From assembly GCF_030144855.1 (NCBI RefSeq), contig NC_082712.1:11346001-11410000 (forward strand): a stretch of 64,000 bases of DNA, written 5' to 3'. Below, one piece after another: positions 37,960 to 48,914 of the stretch; position 1 is the stretch's first letter, and the number at the start of each line of letters is the position of its first letter. The DNA is from Hypanus sabinus (Eukaryota). Below the pieces are notes generated by a model. It had not been told where the DNA came from and ran no database searches. It worked only from the letters and a program-made list of their open reading frames with translations. A program made the position numbers and the translations under genes.

Positions 37960-38730
37960 CTGTAGTGCTCACTGTACTGATGAGTGTTGTCACAGTGTAA
38001 TGATATTTGTTGTTACTCTTCAATGATGAGTGCAATTACACTGTAGTGATTAGTGTTGTGACCCTGTACTGATTAGGCTTGTTACACTGTACCAAGGTGT
38101 TTTGTTGCACTGTGCCAACTAGTGTTGATACTGTGTTGACTAGACTGTTAGATTGTACTGACTAGTATTGTTGCACTGTAGTTACAATTGTTACAACCAT
38201 ATAACCATATAATAATTACAGCGCAGAAACAAGCCATCTCAGCCTGTCTAGTCCTTGCTGAACATTACTATCACCTTCTCCCACCGACCTGCACTCAGCC
38301 CATAGCCCTCCACTCCTTTTCTGTCCATAAACCTATCCAATTTTACCTTAAATGACACAACTGAACTGGCCTCTACTACTTCCACAGGAAGCTCATTCCA
38401 CACAGCTATCACCCTCTGAGTAAAGAAATACCCCCTCGTGTTTCCCTTAAACTTTTGCCCCCTAACTCTCAAATCATGTCCTCTCGTTTGAATAATCAGT
38501 GCTGTTACAATGTAGTGATTGGGTTGTCACACTGTACTGATTAGTTTATTCACATTGTAGTGACATATGCTGCGACTGTATCTACTGGTGTTGTTACATT
38601 GTAATGGGTAGTGTTGTTACACTGTACTGATTAGTATTGTTGCACTGTTCTGACTAGAGTTGTTATACTGTACTGAACAGTGTTGTTACACTGTACTCAT
38701 TACTGTTGTAACACTCCACTGATTAGCGAT
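37960..38730. repeat. Degenerate ~23-bp repeat (TGTACTGATTAGTGTTGTTACAC) heading cassette 1, interrupted by a minus-strand CR1 3' fragment (~38200-38490)
   Basis: Motif read directly. The same repeat precedes V3 and V4. Confidence 0.8.
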
Positions 38731-39016
38731 GGTGTTAACTGGTTGAACAATTGAATGGTTGAAGGGAAATGGCTGCTCCTGAACGCAGTGGTGTGAGATT
38801 TAGGCTTCTCTACCTCCTGTCCAATGGAACTGATTTATGTTCTAAAGATATTTTCTTGTTGGAATGGTTTGCAATTAGTGAGATACATGTGGAGCTGTTT
38901 TCATTCAGAAGGGTGCTGTGGGGAATATTTATTATTTGCAGGCTGGAAATTTTGTCAGCGTTAAACATTTATGCTGAGGGTTAACTGATTTATTCTGGCA
39001 CCTGTCCTTCCCTCAG

Positions 39017-39406
39017 CTCCCAATGAGAGTGTCTCTGTGATGACTGGAACCAAGGGAGCTTCGGCCACGTTACCCTGTGTGTTCACACGACCTCCGCAGA
39101 GCCTCACCGCACACACGGTGACGTGGATGAGGAAGGAACCCTACCGACACATCGTCACCTTCAGGCATCAAGGAAATGGATGGTGGGCAGCGGAAAATGG
39201 AGTGACTCGGTACGAGCTCGTCGGGGACCCAGAGCTGGGAAATGCCTGGATCAGGATAAAGCAGCTGAGAGTGGAGGACAGTCACAGCTACCTGTGTCTG
39301 GCTGAGTTCAGGAACATGAAGCATGATTATTCATCCGACAGAGAGCACGTCACACCTCCATTTATACATGTGATCCAGAGTGAGATCCGGTTGCAGGTCA
39401 GACCAG
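39017..39406 (+). CDS. Ig V-set exon V2 (Siglec-15-related, Arg-less), cassette 1
   Basis: ccttccctcag| acceptor and CCAG|GTAAGA donor, 390 nt, phase 1-1, open frame. B-strand Cys (LPC), C-strand Trp (VTW), D-x-x-x-Y-x-C (EDSHSYLC). Confidence 0.9.
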
Positions 39407-40404
39407 GTAAGAAATCATTGACACATTCTGCAGGGCATGGGGAGGGTTTTGGGGGGGGGGGTGGGGTGGGGGGTAGCCTGCTACCATTATCCTTTCTCTA
39501 ATCAACCCCACCCCCGGGTTTATCTGTCTGTCCCCGAGTGAGATCTGACTGTAGATCAGACCCGGAAAAGAACCCGTCACCACATTCAAGTTCAAGTTTA
39601 ATTGTCAATCAGCCACACGTGCAGACAGCAAAACAAAACATCGTTCCTCCAGGGACAAGATGTAAAGCAGAGTAGCAACAGCACACAGTACACATTGTTA
39701 CGATGGCAGAAAAGCATACAGTCACAAAAAGACATAATATTGCCCAAGTTCCTGAGTGGTCTGGCTTGGAGCTGGATGGTAGATTGGATATTGTCCTGGT
39801 CCAGCTTGTCTCTCACTAAGTAAACACTGGGGGCAGCACTGAGCAAAAGAGGAAGGCAGCACCGATGGGAGGGGCCTGTCCCCAACCCACGACGGACTCC
39901 AGCACATCCACAGAGGCCTCTGCTCTCTCCCACACCATCTCGGCATCTTCTGCAGTGTTCAGGGATGGGTCGGAACCTTCAGCACCCATTGTATTCTGTG
40001 TCCAGACTCTGGGGATGAATTTTATATCGACCACTCCCAGCCTCAGCTGGTGATGAGTTCCATTTCCCCACCACATCTCCATCTCAGACGGTCCCTCACA
40101 CAGGGTGGCCCTCAGAACTTCAATGGACCCCCTGGTGGGGCCTTGCCTGAGCCTGGGATGAATGAATGGAGTTCTAACGGAGGATCAGGAAGCTTCCCAG
40201 AGAAGACACACACTCAACGTTTCAGGAAGAGCTTCTTCCTTTCTGCCGTCAGATTTCTGAATGGACAATCAGAAAAGTGAGGACCATCTCATTTTGTTTC
40301 CTTTCTTCCCTCTTTTTGTGCTACTTATTTAATATAAAATTGTACATATAGGTATATATTTCTTATTGAAATTTACAGTTTTTAATTAATATGTATTGCA
40401 ATGT

Positions 40405-40740
40405 ATAACGGGGTGTCAGGGTGAAGATACGTCTTTACCAAAGGAGGTGTAAGACACTCCTTCCCTCCACTAGCCTTCACTTTACCCGTGGGCAAGGTGT
40501 AGCCCCTGCTTCGCCCCCGATCAGGGTCACGTGAATCCATGGGATCAGGTGGTGGATGGTGTAACAAGCAGCTGGTGCAGATCACAAATTCTGGATATGC
40601 GACCACTGACACCAGGCAGACAATCTCTGACGAGTATTGATAATGGCTGGGATCACCCGTCCTGTACAGACACTGCTCAGAAGAAGGTGATGGAAACCAC
40701 CTCTGTATAAAAATTGCCAAGAACAATCATGGTCATAAAC
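40405..40740 (+). mobile_element. RTE-type repeat fragment, co-duplicated (related copies ~47690-47895 and ~55150-55345)
   Basis: The cagaagaaggtgatggaaaccac motif resembles RTE/BovB-related sequence. The family assignment is from memory. Confidence 0.45.
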
Positions 40741-41299
40741 AGGAGAAAATCTGCTGTTGTTGGAGATCCAGAGCAACACACACAAAATACTGGAGGAATT
40801 CAGCAGGTCGGGCAGCGTCTATGGGGGAAGGATCAAAGGTTAATTTTATTGGCCAAGTCTGCATATAGAATACAACTCTGATACTTATCTTCTCCAGATA
40901 ACCCTGATTTCTAGAAATACCATGGGATTCATTATAAGAATAGATATCAATACCCCTACATGAAAAGGAAATGGACGAATCTTGCAAACCTCAAATCCCC
41001 CGCCCCCCACCTCCCTCCCTCGCACAAAAGCCAACAGATCACTCACCTGGAAGACGATCGTCAGAAGATCAAAAGCCCCTAGCCCCCAAACCCCTCCCTC
41101 TCAAGAAATACAGTGCCAACAACACCAAACCCAACACCCTCTCCCCACACAGATCACCCACACAGAAAAGTCAACAAGAACATCAGACACCAATCCGTAA
41201 ACGCTCCCTCACACAAAAAACAATACATCATCCCTCTGGAACCCCAACCCACCAATCAGCAACAGGAACATCAGACACCAATCCCTAACCCCTCCCTCA

Positions 41300-41700
41300 T
41301 ATTGTACTGATTAATGTTGTTACCTGTACTGATTAGTGTTGTTATACTGTCGTGTCTAGTGTTGTTACCTGTACTGATTAGTGTTGTTATACTGTTGTGT
41401 CTAGTGTTGTTACCTGTACTGATTAGTGTTGTTATACTGTCGTGTCTAATGTTGTTACCTGTACTGATTAGTGTTGTTATACTGTCGTGTCTAATGTTGT
41501 TACCTGTACTGATTAGTGTTGTTATACTGTCGTGTCTAATGTTGTTACCTGTACTGATTAGTGTTGTTATACTTTTATGATAAGTGTTGCTCCACTGCAG
41601 TGATTTTTGTTGTTACACTGTACCAATTGGTGGTGTAACACTGCACTAATTAGTGTTGTTATACTGTACTGATTACTGTTGTTACACTTCACTGATTAAT
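41300..41700. repeat. 45-bp higher-order form of the TGTACTGATTAGTGTTGTTA repeat heading cassette 2
   Basis: About 6 near-identical 45-bp units, which give the 15-aa periodic ORF 41314-41580. Confidence 0.9.
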
Positions 41701-41990
41701 GTTGGTTTCATTTAGTTCAACAACTGAATGATTGAAGGGAATTAGCTGTTCCTGAACATGGTGGTGTGAGATTTAAGCCTCTCTACCTCCTGCCTGATGG
41801 GACTGATTTATGTTCGAAACAGTTTCTCTTGTTTGAATAGATTTCAATGAGTGAGACACATGTGGGGCTGTTTTCATTCAGAAGGGTGCTGTGGGGAGTT
41901 TCTATTATTTTGCAGGCTGGAAATTTTGTCAGTGTTAAACATTTTTGCTGAGGGTTAACTGATTTATTCTGGCACCTGTCCTTCCCTCAG

Positions 41991-42371
41991 CTCCCAATGA
42001 GAGTGTCTCTGTGATGACTGGAACCGAGGGAGCTTCGGCCACGTTACCCTGTGTGTTCACATGGCCTCCGCAGAGCCTCACCGCACACACGGTGACGTGG
42101 ATGACGAAGGATCCCTACGGACACATCGTCACCTTCAGGCGCCATGGAAATGGATCGTGGGCAGTGGAAAACGGAGTGACTCGGTACGAGCTCATCGGGG
42201 ACCCAGAGCTGGGAAATGCCTGGATCAGGATAAAGCAGCTGAGAGTGGAGGACAGTCACAGCTACCTGTGTCTGGCTGAGTTCAGGAAAAGCCAGCATGA
42301 TGATTCATCCAACATCAAATCCCCATTTATCCACGTGATCCAGAGTGAGATCCGGCTGCAGGTCAGACCAG
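41991..42371 (+). CDS. Ig V-set exon V3 (Arg-less), cassette 2
   Basis: Same acceptor and donor as V2, 381 nt, phase 1-1, open frame. Confidence 0.9.
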
Positions 42372-42739
42372 GTAAGAAACCACTGACACATTCTGCAGGG
42401 CATGGGGAGGGTTTTAGGGGTGGGTGGGGGAAAGCCTGCTACCATTATCCTTTCTCTAATCAATCCCCACCCCCGGGTTTATCTGTCTGTCCCCGAGTGA
42501 GATCTGACTGTAGATCAGAACACGTCACCACATTCAAGTTCAAGTTTAATTGTCAATCAGCCACACGTGCATACAGCAAAACAAAACAGTGTTCCTCCAG
42601 GGACAAGGTGTAAAGCAGAGTAGCAACAGCACACAGTACACATTGTTACAATCACAGGAAAGCATACAGTCACAAAAAGACATAATATAGCCCAAGTTCC
42701 TGAGTGGTCTGGCTTGGAGCTGGACTGTGGATTGGATAT

Positions 42740-45700
42740 AAGCGGCCTTGTGAGGAAAGCGTGAATCTTTAGCTCGAGAGCCTTCAGCGAGGAGACTGAG
42801 GGAAGCGACTACACCACAATTGGAGAGGGTGAGAGGTGGTGAAGAGATGACAGGTAAACTGACTCAGTGTGATGCTTGCCTGATGTGGGAGGTCAGCGAC
42901 ACTGATGGTGCCTCTGGCTACTGCAACTGTGGAAAGTGTGTCCAGGTTCAGCTCCTGAAGGACCGTGTTGGGGCACTAGAGGGGCAACTGGATGACCTGG
43001 TTCACCTGGGAAAATGAGAGTTTTCTGGACAGGACCTACAGTGAGAGTGTGACGCCGAAGATACCAGAAGATAGAGGGGGGTTGACAATGAGGAAGGGAT
43101 GGATTCTTAGAGTACAGGAGACCCCGGGGGATGTGGTTCCTGAAAACAGGTTCACTCTCTTGGAAGCTGTCGAGACAGAAGACGCTGCTAGTCTTAGAGG
43201 TGGACAGGTCTGCAAGTCAAAAACTGAAGCCAAGCCGAAGAGACAGATGACAGGCAGAGCCGTGGTAGTAGAGGACTCCAGGGTGAGAGGTACCAAAAGG
43301 GGTTTCTGCGGCAACAGGCGGGAGTTAAGGATGGTGTGTTGCCTCCCTGGAGCCAGGATCCAGGAAATCACGGACCGATTGCAGGGAATCCTCAAGGGTG
43401 AAGGTGAACAGCCGGAAGTGGTAGTGCATGTCGGCACAAATGACATCGGGAAGAAGAGGAAAGAAATTCTGCAGCGGGACTTCAGAGAAGTCAGAAGATG
43501 GCTGAAAAGCAGGTCCTCCAGGGTGGTTATCTCTGGTTTGCTTCCAGTTCCTCGTGCTGGAGAGGGCAGGAACAGGGAGATATGGGATCTCAATGTGTGG
43601 CTGAGGAGCTGGTGCGGCAAGCAAGGATTTATATTCTTGGACCACTGGGATCTGTTTTGGGGTAGGGATGAATTGTACAAAAGGGACGGGTTGCACCTTA
43701 ACAGGCGGGGGACCAGCATTCTGGCAGACAGGTTTGCCACTGCTACACGGGTGTGTTTAAACTAATAAGTGGGGGGGAGGAGACAAACTGGAAATACAAG
43801 GATGGAGTTAAAGGGAGAGAGAGAATAAGAAAGGTTAAGAAAGACAACAGAATTAACGCAGCAGAAAGCTCAGGAAGGGATCGGAGTGTATGGCCAAGTG
43901 CAGTAGGGATCGGTGTGAGAAGCAAGAGCAGTAATGGATTAAAAGTATTATATATGAATCACGAAGTATAAGAAATAAAGTGGATGAGCTTGAGGCTCTG
44001 TTGGAAATTGGCAAGTATGATGTTGTAGGAATAACAGAGACACGGCTGCAAGAGGACCAGGGCTGGGAAATGAATATTCAAGGATATACGTCCTATCGAA
44101 AGGACAGACAGGTGGGCAGAAGGGGTGGGGTGGCTCTGCTGGTGAGGAATGAAATTCAGTCCCTTGCGAGGGGTGACATAGAATCAGGAGATGTAGAGTC
44201 AGTATGGATAGAACTGAGAAATTGTAAGGGCAAAAAGACCCTAATGGGAGTTATCTACAGGCCCCCAAATGGTAGCCTGGATATAGGGTGCAAGTTGAAT
44301 CAAGAGCTAAAATTAGCATGTCACAAAGGTAATTCTGCGGTTGTAACGAGGGATTTCAACATGCAGGTAGACTGGGAAAATCCGTTTGGTACTAGACCCC
44401 AAGAAAGGGAGTTTGTGGAGTGCCTCTGAGATGGATTCTTAGAGCAGCTTGTACTGGAGCCTACCAGGGAGAAGGCAATTCTGGATCTAGTGTTGTGTAA
44501 TGAACCAGATTTGATAAGGGAACTCAGGGTAAAGGAGCCATTACGAGATAGTGATCATAATATGATAAATTTTAATCTACAATTTGAGAGGGAGAAGGGA
44601 AAATCAGAAGTGTCAGTATTACAGTTGAAGAAAGGGGACTATGGAGCCATGAGGGAGGAGCTGGCCAAAGTTGGCTGGAAGGATACTCTCGCAGGGATGA
44701 CAGTGGAACAACAATGGCAGGTATTTCTGGGAATAATTCGGAAGGTGAAGGATCAGTTCATTCCAAAAAGGAAGAAGGTTTCTCAGTGGCTGACAAGGGA
44801 AGTCAAGGACGGCATAAAAATAAAAGAGAAGTATAACATAGCAAAGATGAGGGAGAAGCCAGAGGATTGGGAAACTTTTAAAAGCAACAGATGATAACTA
44901 AAAAGGCAATATGGGGGGAAAAGATGAGGTACGAAGATAAGGTAGCGAAGAATATAAAGGAAGATAGTAAAAGCTTCTTTAGGTATGTGAAGAGCAAAAA
45001 AATTAGCTAAGACCAAAGTTGGGCCCTTGAAGGCAGAAACGAGTGAATTTATTATGGGGAACAAGGAAGTGGCAGACGAGTTGAACAGGTACTTTGGATC
45101 TGTCTTCACTAGGGAGAACACAGACAATCTCCCAGAGGAAATAGTGGCCAGAGGACCTAGGGTTACAGAGGAACTGAAGGAAATTCACATTAGGCAGAAA
45201 ATGGTGTTGAGTAGGCTGATGGGACTGAATGCTGATAAATCCCCAGGACCTAAGGATCTGCATCCCAGGGTACTTAAGGAGGTGGCTTTAGAAATCGTTC
45301 AAGCATTGGTAATCATTTTCCAATGTTCTATAGATTCAGGATCAGTTCCTGAGGATTGGAGGATAGCTAATGTTATCCCACTCTTTAAGAAAGGAGGGAG
45401 AGAGAAAACAGGGAATTATAGACCAGGTAGCCTGACATCAGTGGTTGGGAAGATGCTGGAGTCAATTATAAAAGATGAAATAACAGCACATTTGGATAGT
45501 AGGAACACAATCGGTCCAAGTCAGCATGGATTTATGAAGGGGAAATTGTGCTTGACTAATCTTCTGGAATTTTTTGAGGATGTAACCATGAAAATGGACA
45601 AGGGAGAGCCAGTGGATGTGGTGTAGCTGGACTTTCAGAAAGTCTTTGATAAAATCCCATACAGGAGATTAGTGGGCAAAATTAAAGCACATGGTATTGG

Positions 45701-47063
45701 GGGTAGGGTACTCACATGGATATAAAATTGGTTGGCAGAAAGGAAACAAAGAGTAGGGATTAACGGGTCCCTTTCAGAATGGCAGGCAGTGACTAGTGGG
45801 GTACCGCAAGGCTCGGTGCTGGGACCGCAGCTATTTACAATATACGTTAATGATTTAGATGAAGGGATTAAAAGTAACATTAGCAAATTTGCAGATGGCA
45901 CAAAGCTGGGTAGTAGTGTGAAATATGAGGAGGATCTTAGGAGAATGCAGGGTGACTTGGACAGGTTGGGTGAGTGGGCAGATGCATGGCAGATGCAGTT
46001 TAGTGTGGATAAATGTGCACTTATCCACTTTGGTGGCAAGAACAGGAAGGCAGATTACTATCTGAATGGTGTCAAGTTAGGAAAAGGAGAAGTACAATGA
46101 GATCTAGGTGTCCTTGTTCATCAGTCACTGAAAGTAAGCATGAAGGTACAGCAGGCATTTAAGAAAGTTAATGGCATGGTGGCCTTCATAACAAGGGGAG
46201 TTGAGTAAAGGAGCAAAGAGGACCTTCTGCAGTTGTACAGGGCCCTGGTGAGACACCACCTGGAGTATTGTATTCAGTTTTGGTCTCCAAATTTGAGGAA
46301 GGACATTCCTGCTATTGAGGGAGTGCAGCGTTGGTTCACGAGGTTAATTCCCGGGATGGCGGGACTGTCGTATGTTGAAAGATTGGAGTGACTGGGCTAG
46401 TATACACTGGAATTTAGAAGGATGAGAGGGGATCTGATTGAAACATATAAGATTATTAAGGGACACACACAAAATGCTTGTGGAACACAGCAGGCCAGGC
46501 AGCATCTATAAAGAGAAGCACTGTCAACATTTCAGGCCGAGACCCTTCATCAGGCAAAGGGACCTGATGGAGGGTCTCGGCCCGAAACATCGACAGTGCT
46601 TCTCCCTATAGATGCTGCCTGGCCTGCTGTGTTCCACCAGCATTTTGTGTGTGTTGTTTGAATTTCCAGCATCTGCAGATTTCCTTGTGTTTGGAGCTTA
46701 TTAACTGATTGGACACATTAGAGGCAGGAAGCGGGTTCCCGAGATTGGGGGAGTCCAGAACCAGAGGCCACAGTTTAAGAATAAGGGGTAGGCCATTTAG
46801 AACAGAGTTGAGGAAAAACTTTTTCACCCAGAGAGTTTTGGAACTATGGAATGCTCTGCCTCAGAAGGCAGTGGAGGCTAATTCTCTGGATGCTTTCAAG
46901 AAAGAGTTAGATAGAGCTCTTAAAGATAGCGGAGTCAAGGGATATGGGAAGAAGGCTGGAACGGGGTACTGATTGTGGATGATCAGCCATGATCACATTG
47001 AATGGCAGTGCTGGCTCAAAAGGCAGAATGGCCTACTCCTGCACCTATTGCCTATTGTCTATT
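42740..47063 (+). mobile_element. Near full-length CR1 LINE (ORF1 zinc finger/coiled coil/SGNH esterase; ORF2 endonuclease and RT; CCTATT tail)
   Basis: QCDAC..CGKC, VVVHVGTND, RDGLHLN, YRPPN, SQHGFMKGK, SKFADGTK. Tail cctattgcctattgtctatt. Putative TSD GATAT (42735-42739 and 47064-47068). Cassette sequence resumes at 47064. Multiple stops and frameshifts. Confidence 0.93.
46463..46697. mobile_element. Palindromic Penelope-derived insertion inside the CR1
   Basis: ~92-bp inverted arms (46463-46554 and 46563-46654) around an 8-nt spacer, each with a degenerate hammerhead motif. The ttattaa flank is duplicated. Confidence 0.8.
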
Positions 47064-48099
47064 GATATTGTCCTGGTCCAGCTTGTCTCTCACTAAGTGA
47101 ACACTGGGGGGGCAGCACTGAGCAAAAGAGGAAGGCAGCACCGATGGGAGGGGCCTGTCCCCAACCCACGACGGACTCCAGCACGTCCACAGAGGCCTCT
47201 GCTCTCTCCCACACCATCTCGGCATCTTCTGCAGTGTTCAGGGATGGGTCAGAACCTCCAGCACCCATTGTATTCTGTGTCCAGACTCTGGGAATGAATG
47301 TTATATCGGCCACTCCCAGCCTCTGCTGGTGATGAGTTCCATTTCCCCACCACAACTCCATCTCAGACGGTCCCTCACACAGGGCGGCCCCCAGACCTTC
47401 AACGGGCCCCCTGGTGGGGCCTTGCCTGAGCCTGGGAGGAATGAGTGGAGTTCTAACGGAGGATCAGGAAGCTTCCCAGAGAAGACACACACTCAACATT
47501 TCAGGAAGAGCTTCTTCCTTTCTGTCGTCGGATTTCTGAATGGACAATCAGAAAAGTGAGGACCAGCTCACTCTTTTCCCTATTTTTCCCTCTTTTGTGC
47601 TACTTATTTAACTTAAAATTTATACATGTAGGTATATATTTCTTATTGAAATTTACAGTTTTTAATTAATATGTATTGCAATGTATAACAGGGTGTCAGG
47701 GTGAAGATACGTCTTTACCAAAGGAGGTGTAAGACACTCCTTCCCTCCACTAGTCTTCACTTTACCCTTGGGCGAGGTGTAGCCCCTGCTTAGACCCCTG
47801 ATCAGGTTCATGTGAATCCATGGGATCAGGTGGTGGATGGTGTAACAAGCAGCTGGTGCAGATCACAAATTCTGGTTATGCGACCACTGACCCCCACACG
47901 AAAAGGAAAAAGAAAAATCTCGCAAACCTCAAACAGCCCCCCACCTCCCTCCCTCGCACAAAAGCCAACAGATCACCCACATGGAAGATGATTGTCAGAA
48001 GATCGAAAGCCTCAAGCCCCCAACCCACTCCCTCTCAAAAAATACAGTGCTGACAACACCAAACCCAACACCCTCTCCCCACACAGATCACCCACACAG

Positions 48100-48460
48100 A
48101 ACAGCCAACAAGAACATCAGACACCAATCCCTAACCCCTCCCTCACACAAAGAACAATACATCGTCCCTCTAGAACCCCAACCCACCAATCAGCAACAGG
48201 AACATCAGACACCAATCCCTAACCCCTCCCTCACACAAAGAACAATACATCGTCCCTCTAGAACCCCAACCCACCAATCAGCAACAGGAACATCAGACAC
48301 CAATCCCTAACCCCTCCCTCACACGAAAAACAACACATTGTCCCTCTAGAACCCCAACCCACCAATCAGCAACAGGAACGTCAATCCCTAACCCCTCCCT
48401 CACACAAAAAACAACACATCGTCCCTCTAGAACCTCAACCCACCAATCAGCAACAAGAAA
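48100..48460. repeat. 88-bp C/A-rich tandem repeat, about 4 copies (about one unit in cassette 1 at ~41170-41300)
   Basis: CCAATCCCTAACC at 48124, 48212 and 48300. Confidence 0.88.
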
Positions 48461-48620
48461 GAAAATAGAAACTGAAGGAGAGCAAAATAAACTACAGCCC
48501 AACAGTCACATCAATCTCAGAATTTCAAACATTCCTCCCACCAGAATTGAGTAAACAGTCGATGTTTTGTGCTGAGACTCTGCATCAGAACTCATGAAAG
48601 GGCCTGTTCTGCACGGTGTG

Positions 48621-48655
48621 AGTCCTGATGAAGGGGTCAGCCTGAAACGTCAGCT
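48621..48655 (+). ncRNA. Minimal hammerhead motif in a short Penelope-derived repeat
   Basis: agtc-CTGATGA-AGGggtcagCCT-GAAACGTC-agct: core intact, stem I imperfect. Confidence 0.55.
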
Positions 48656-48914
48656 GTTTACTCTTCTCCAGAGATGCTGCCTGGCCTGTTGAGTTCCTCC
48701 AGCATTTTGTGTGTGTTCACCATGGTTAAGAGACTGTGATTGCCCACATCACACAACACAGCACATACCGATGATGATGATCGCAATGTACTGCTGCACA
48801 AAACACAAGCCGGTGAAATTATCCTAATCCCGATTGCGATTCAGCAGAATGTCAGGGGGAGGAGGCAGACAGGACACGATTACAGGGCTCAACCTGTCAC
48901 ATTGATCCATAAGA

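Noticed and set aside
38942-39016. Upstream alternative acceptor (tttgcag|gctgg) as a cassette-specific leader or extension
   Set aside because: It is in frame with V but contains TAA, and there is no signal-peptide character
39407-39480. Recombination signal sequences after the V exons (rearranging Ig/TCR V segments)
   Set aside because: Each exon encodes a complete V domain including the G strand and ends in a GT donor. I saw no CACAGTG-spacer-ACAAAAACC next to any exon.
41314-41580. 88-aa very hydrophobic ORF as a transmembrane exon
   Set aside because: It is an exact 15-aa periodic translation of the 45-bp minisatellite with no splice sites
47981-48310. Pro/Thr/Gln-rich mucin-like ORFs (also 40971-41310)
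   Set aside because: Translation of an 88-bp C/A-rich tandem repeat, with frames not conserved between cassettes
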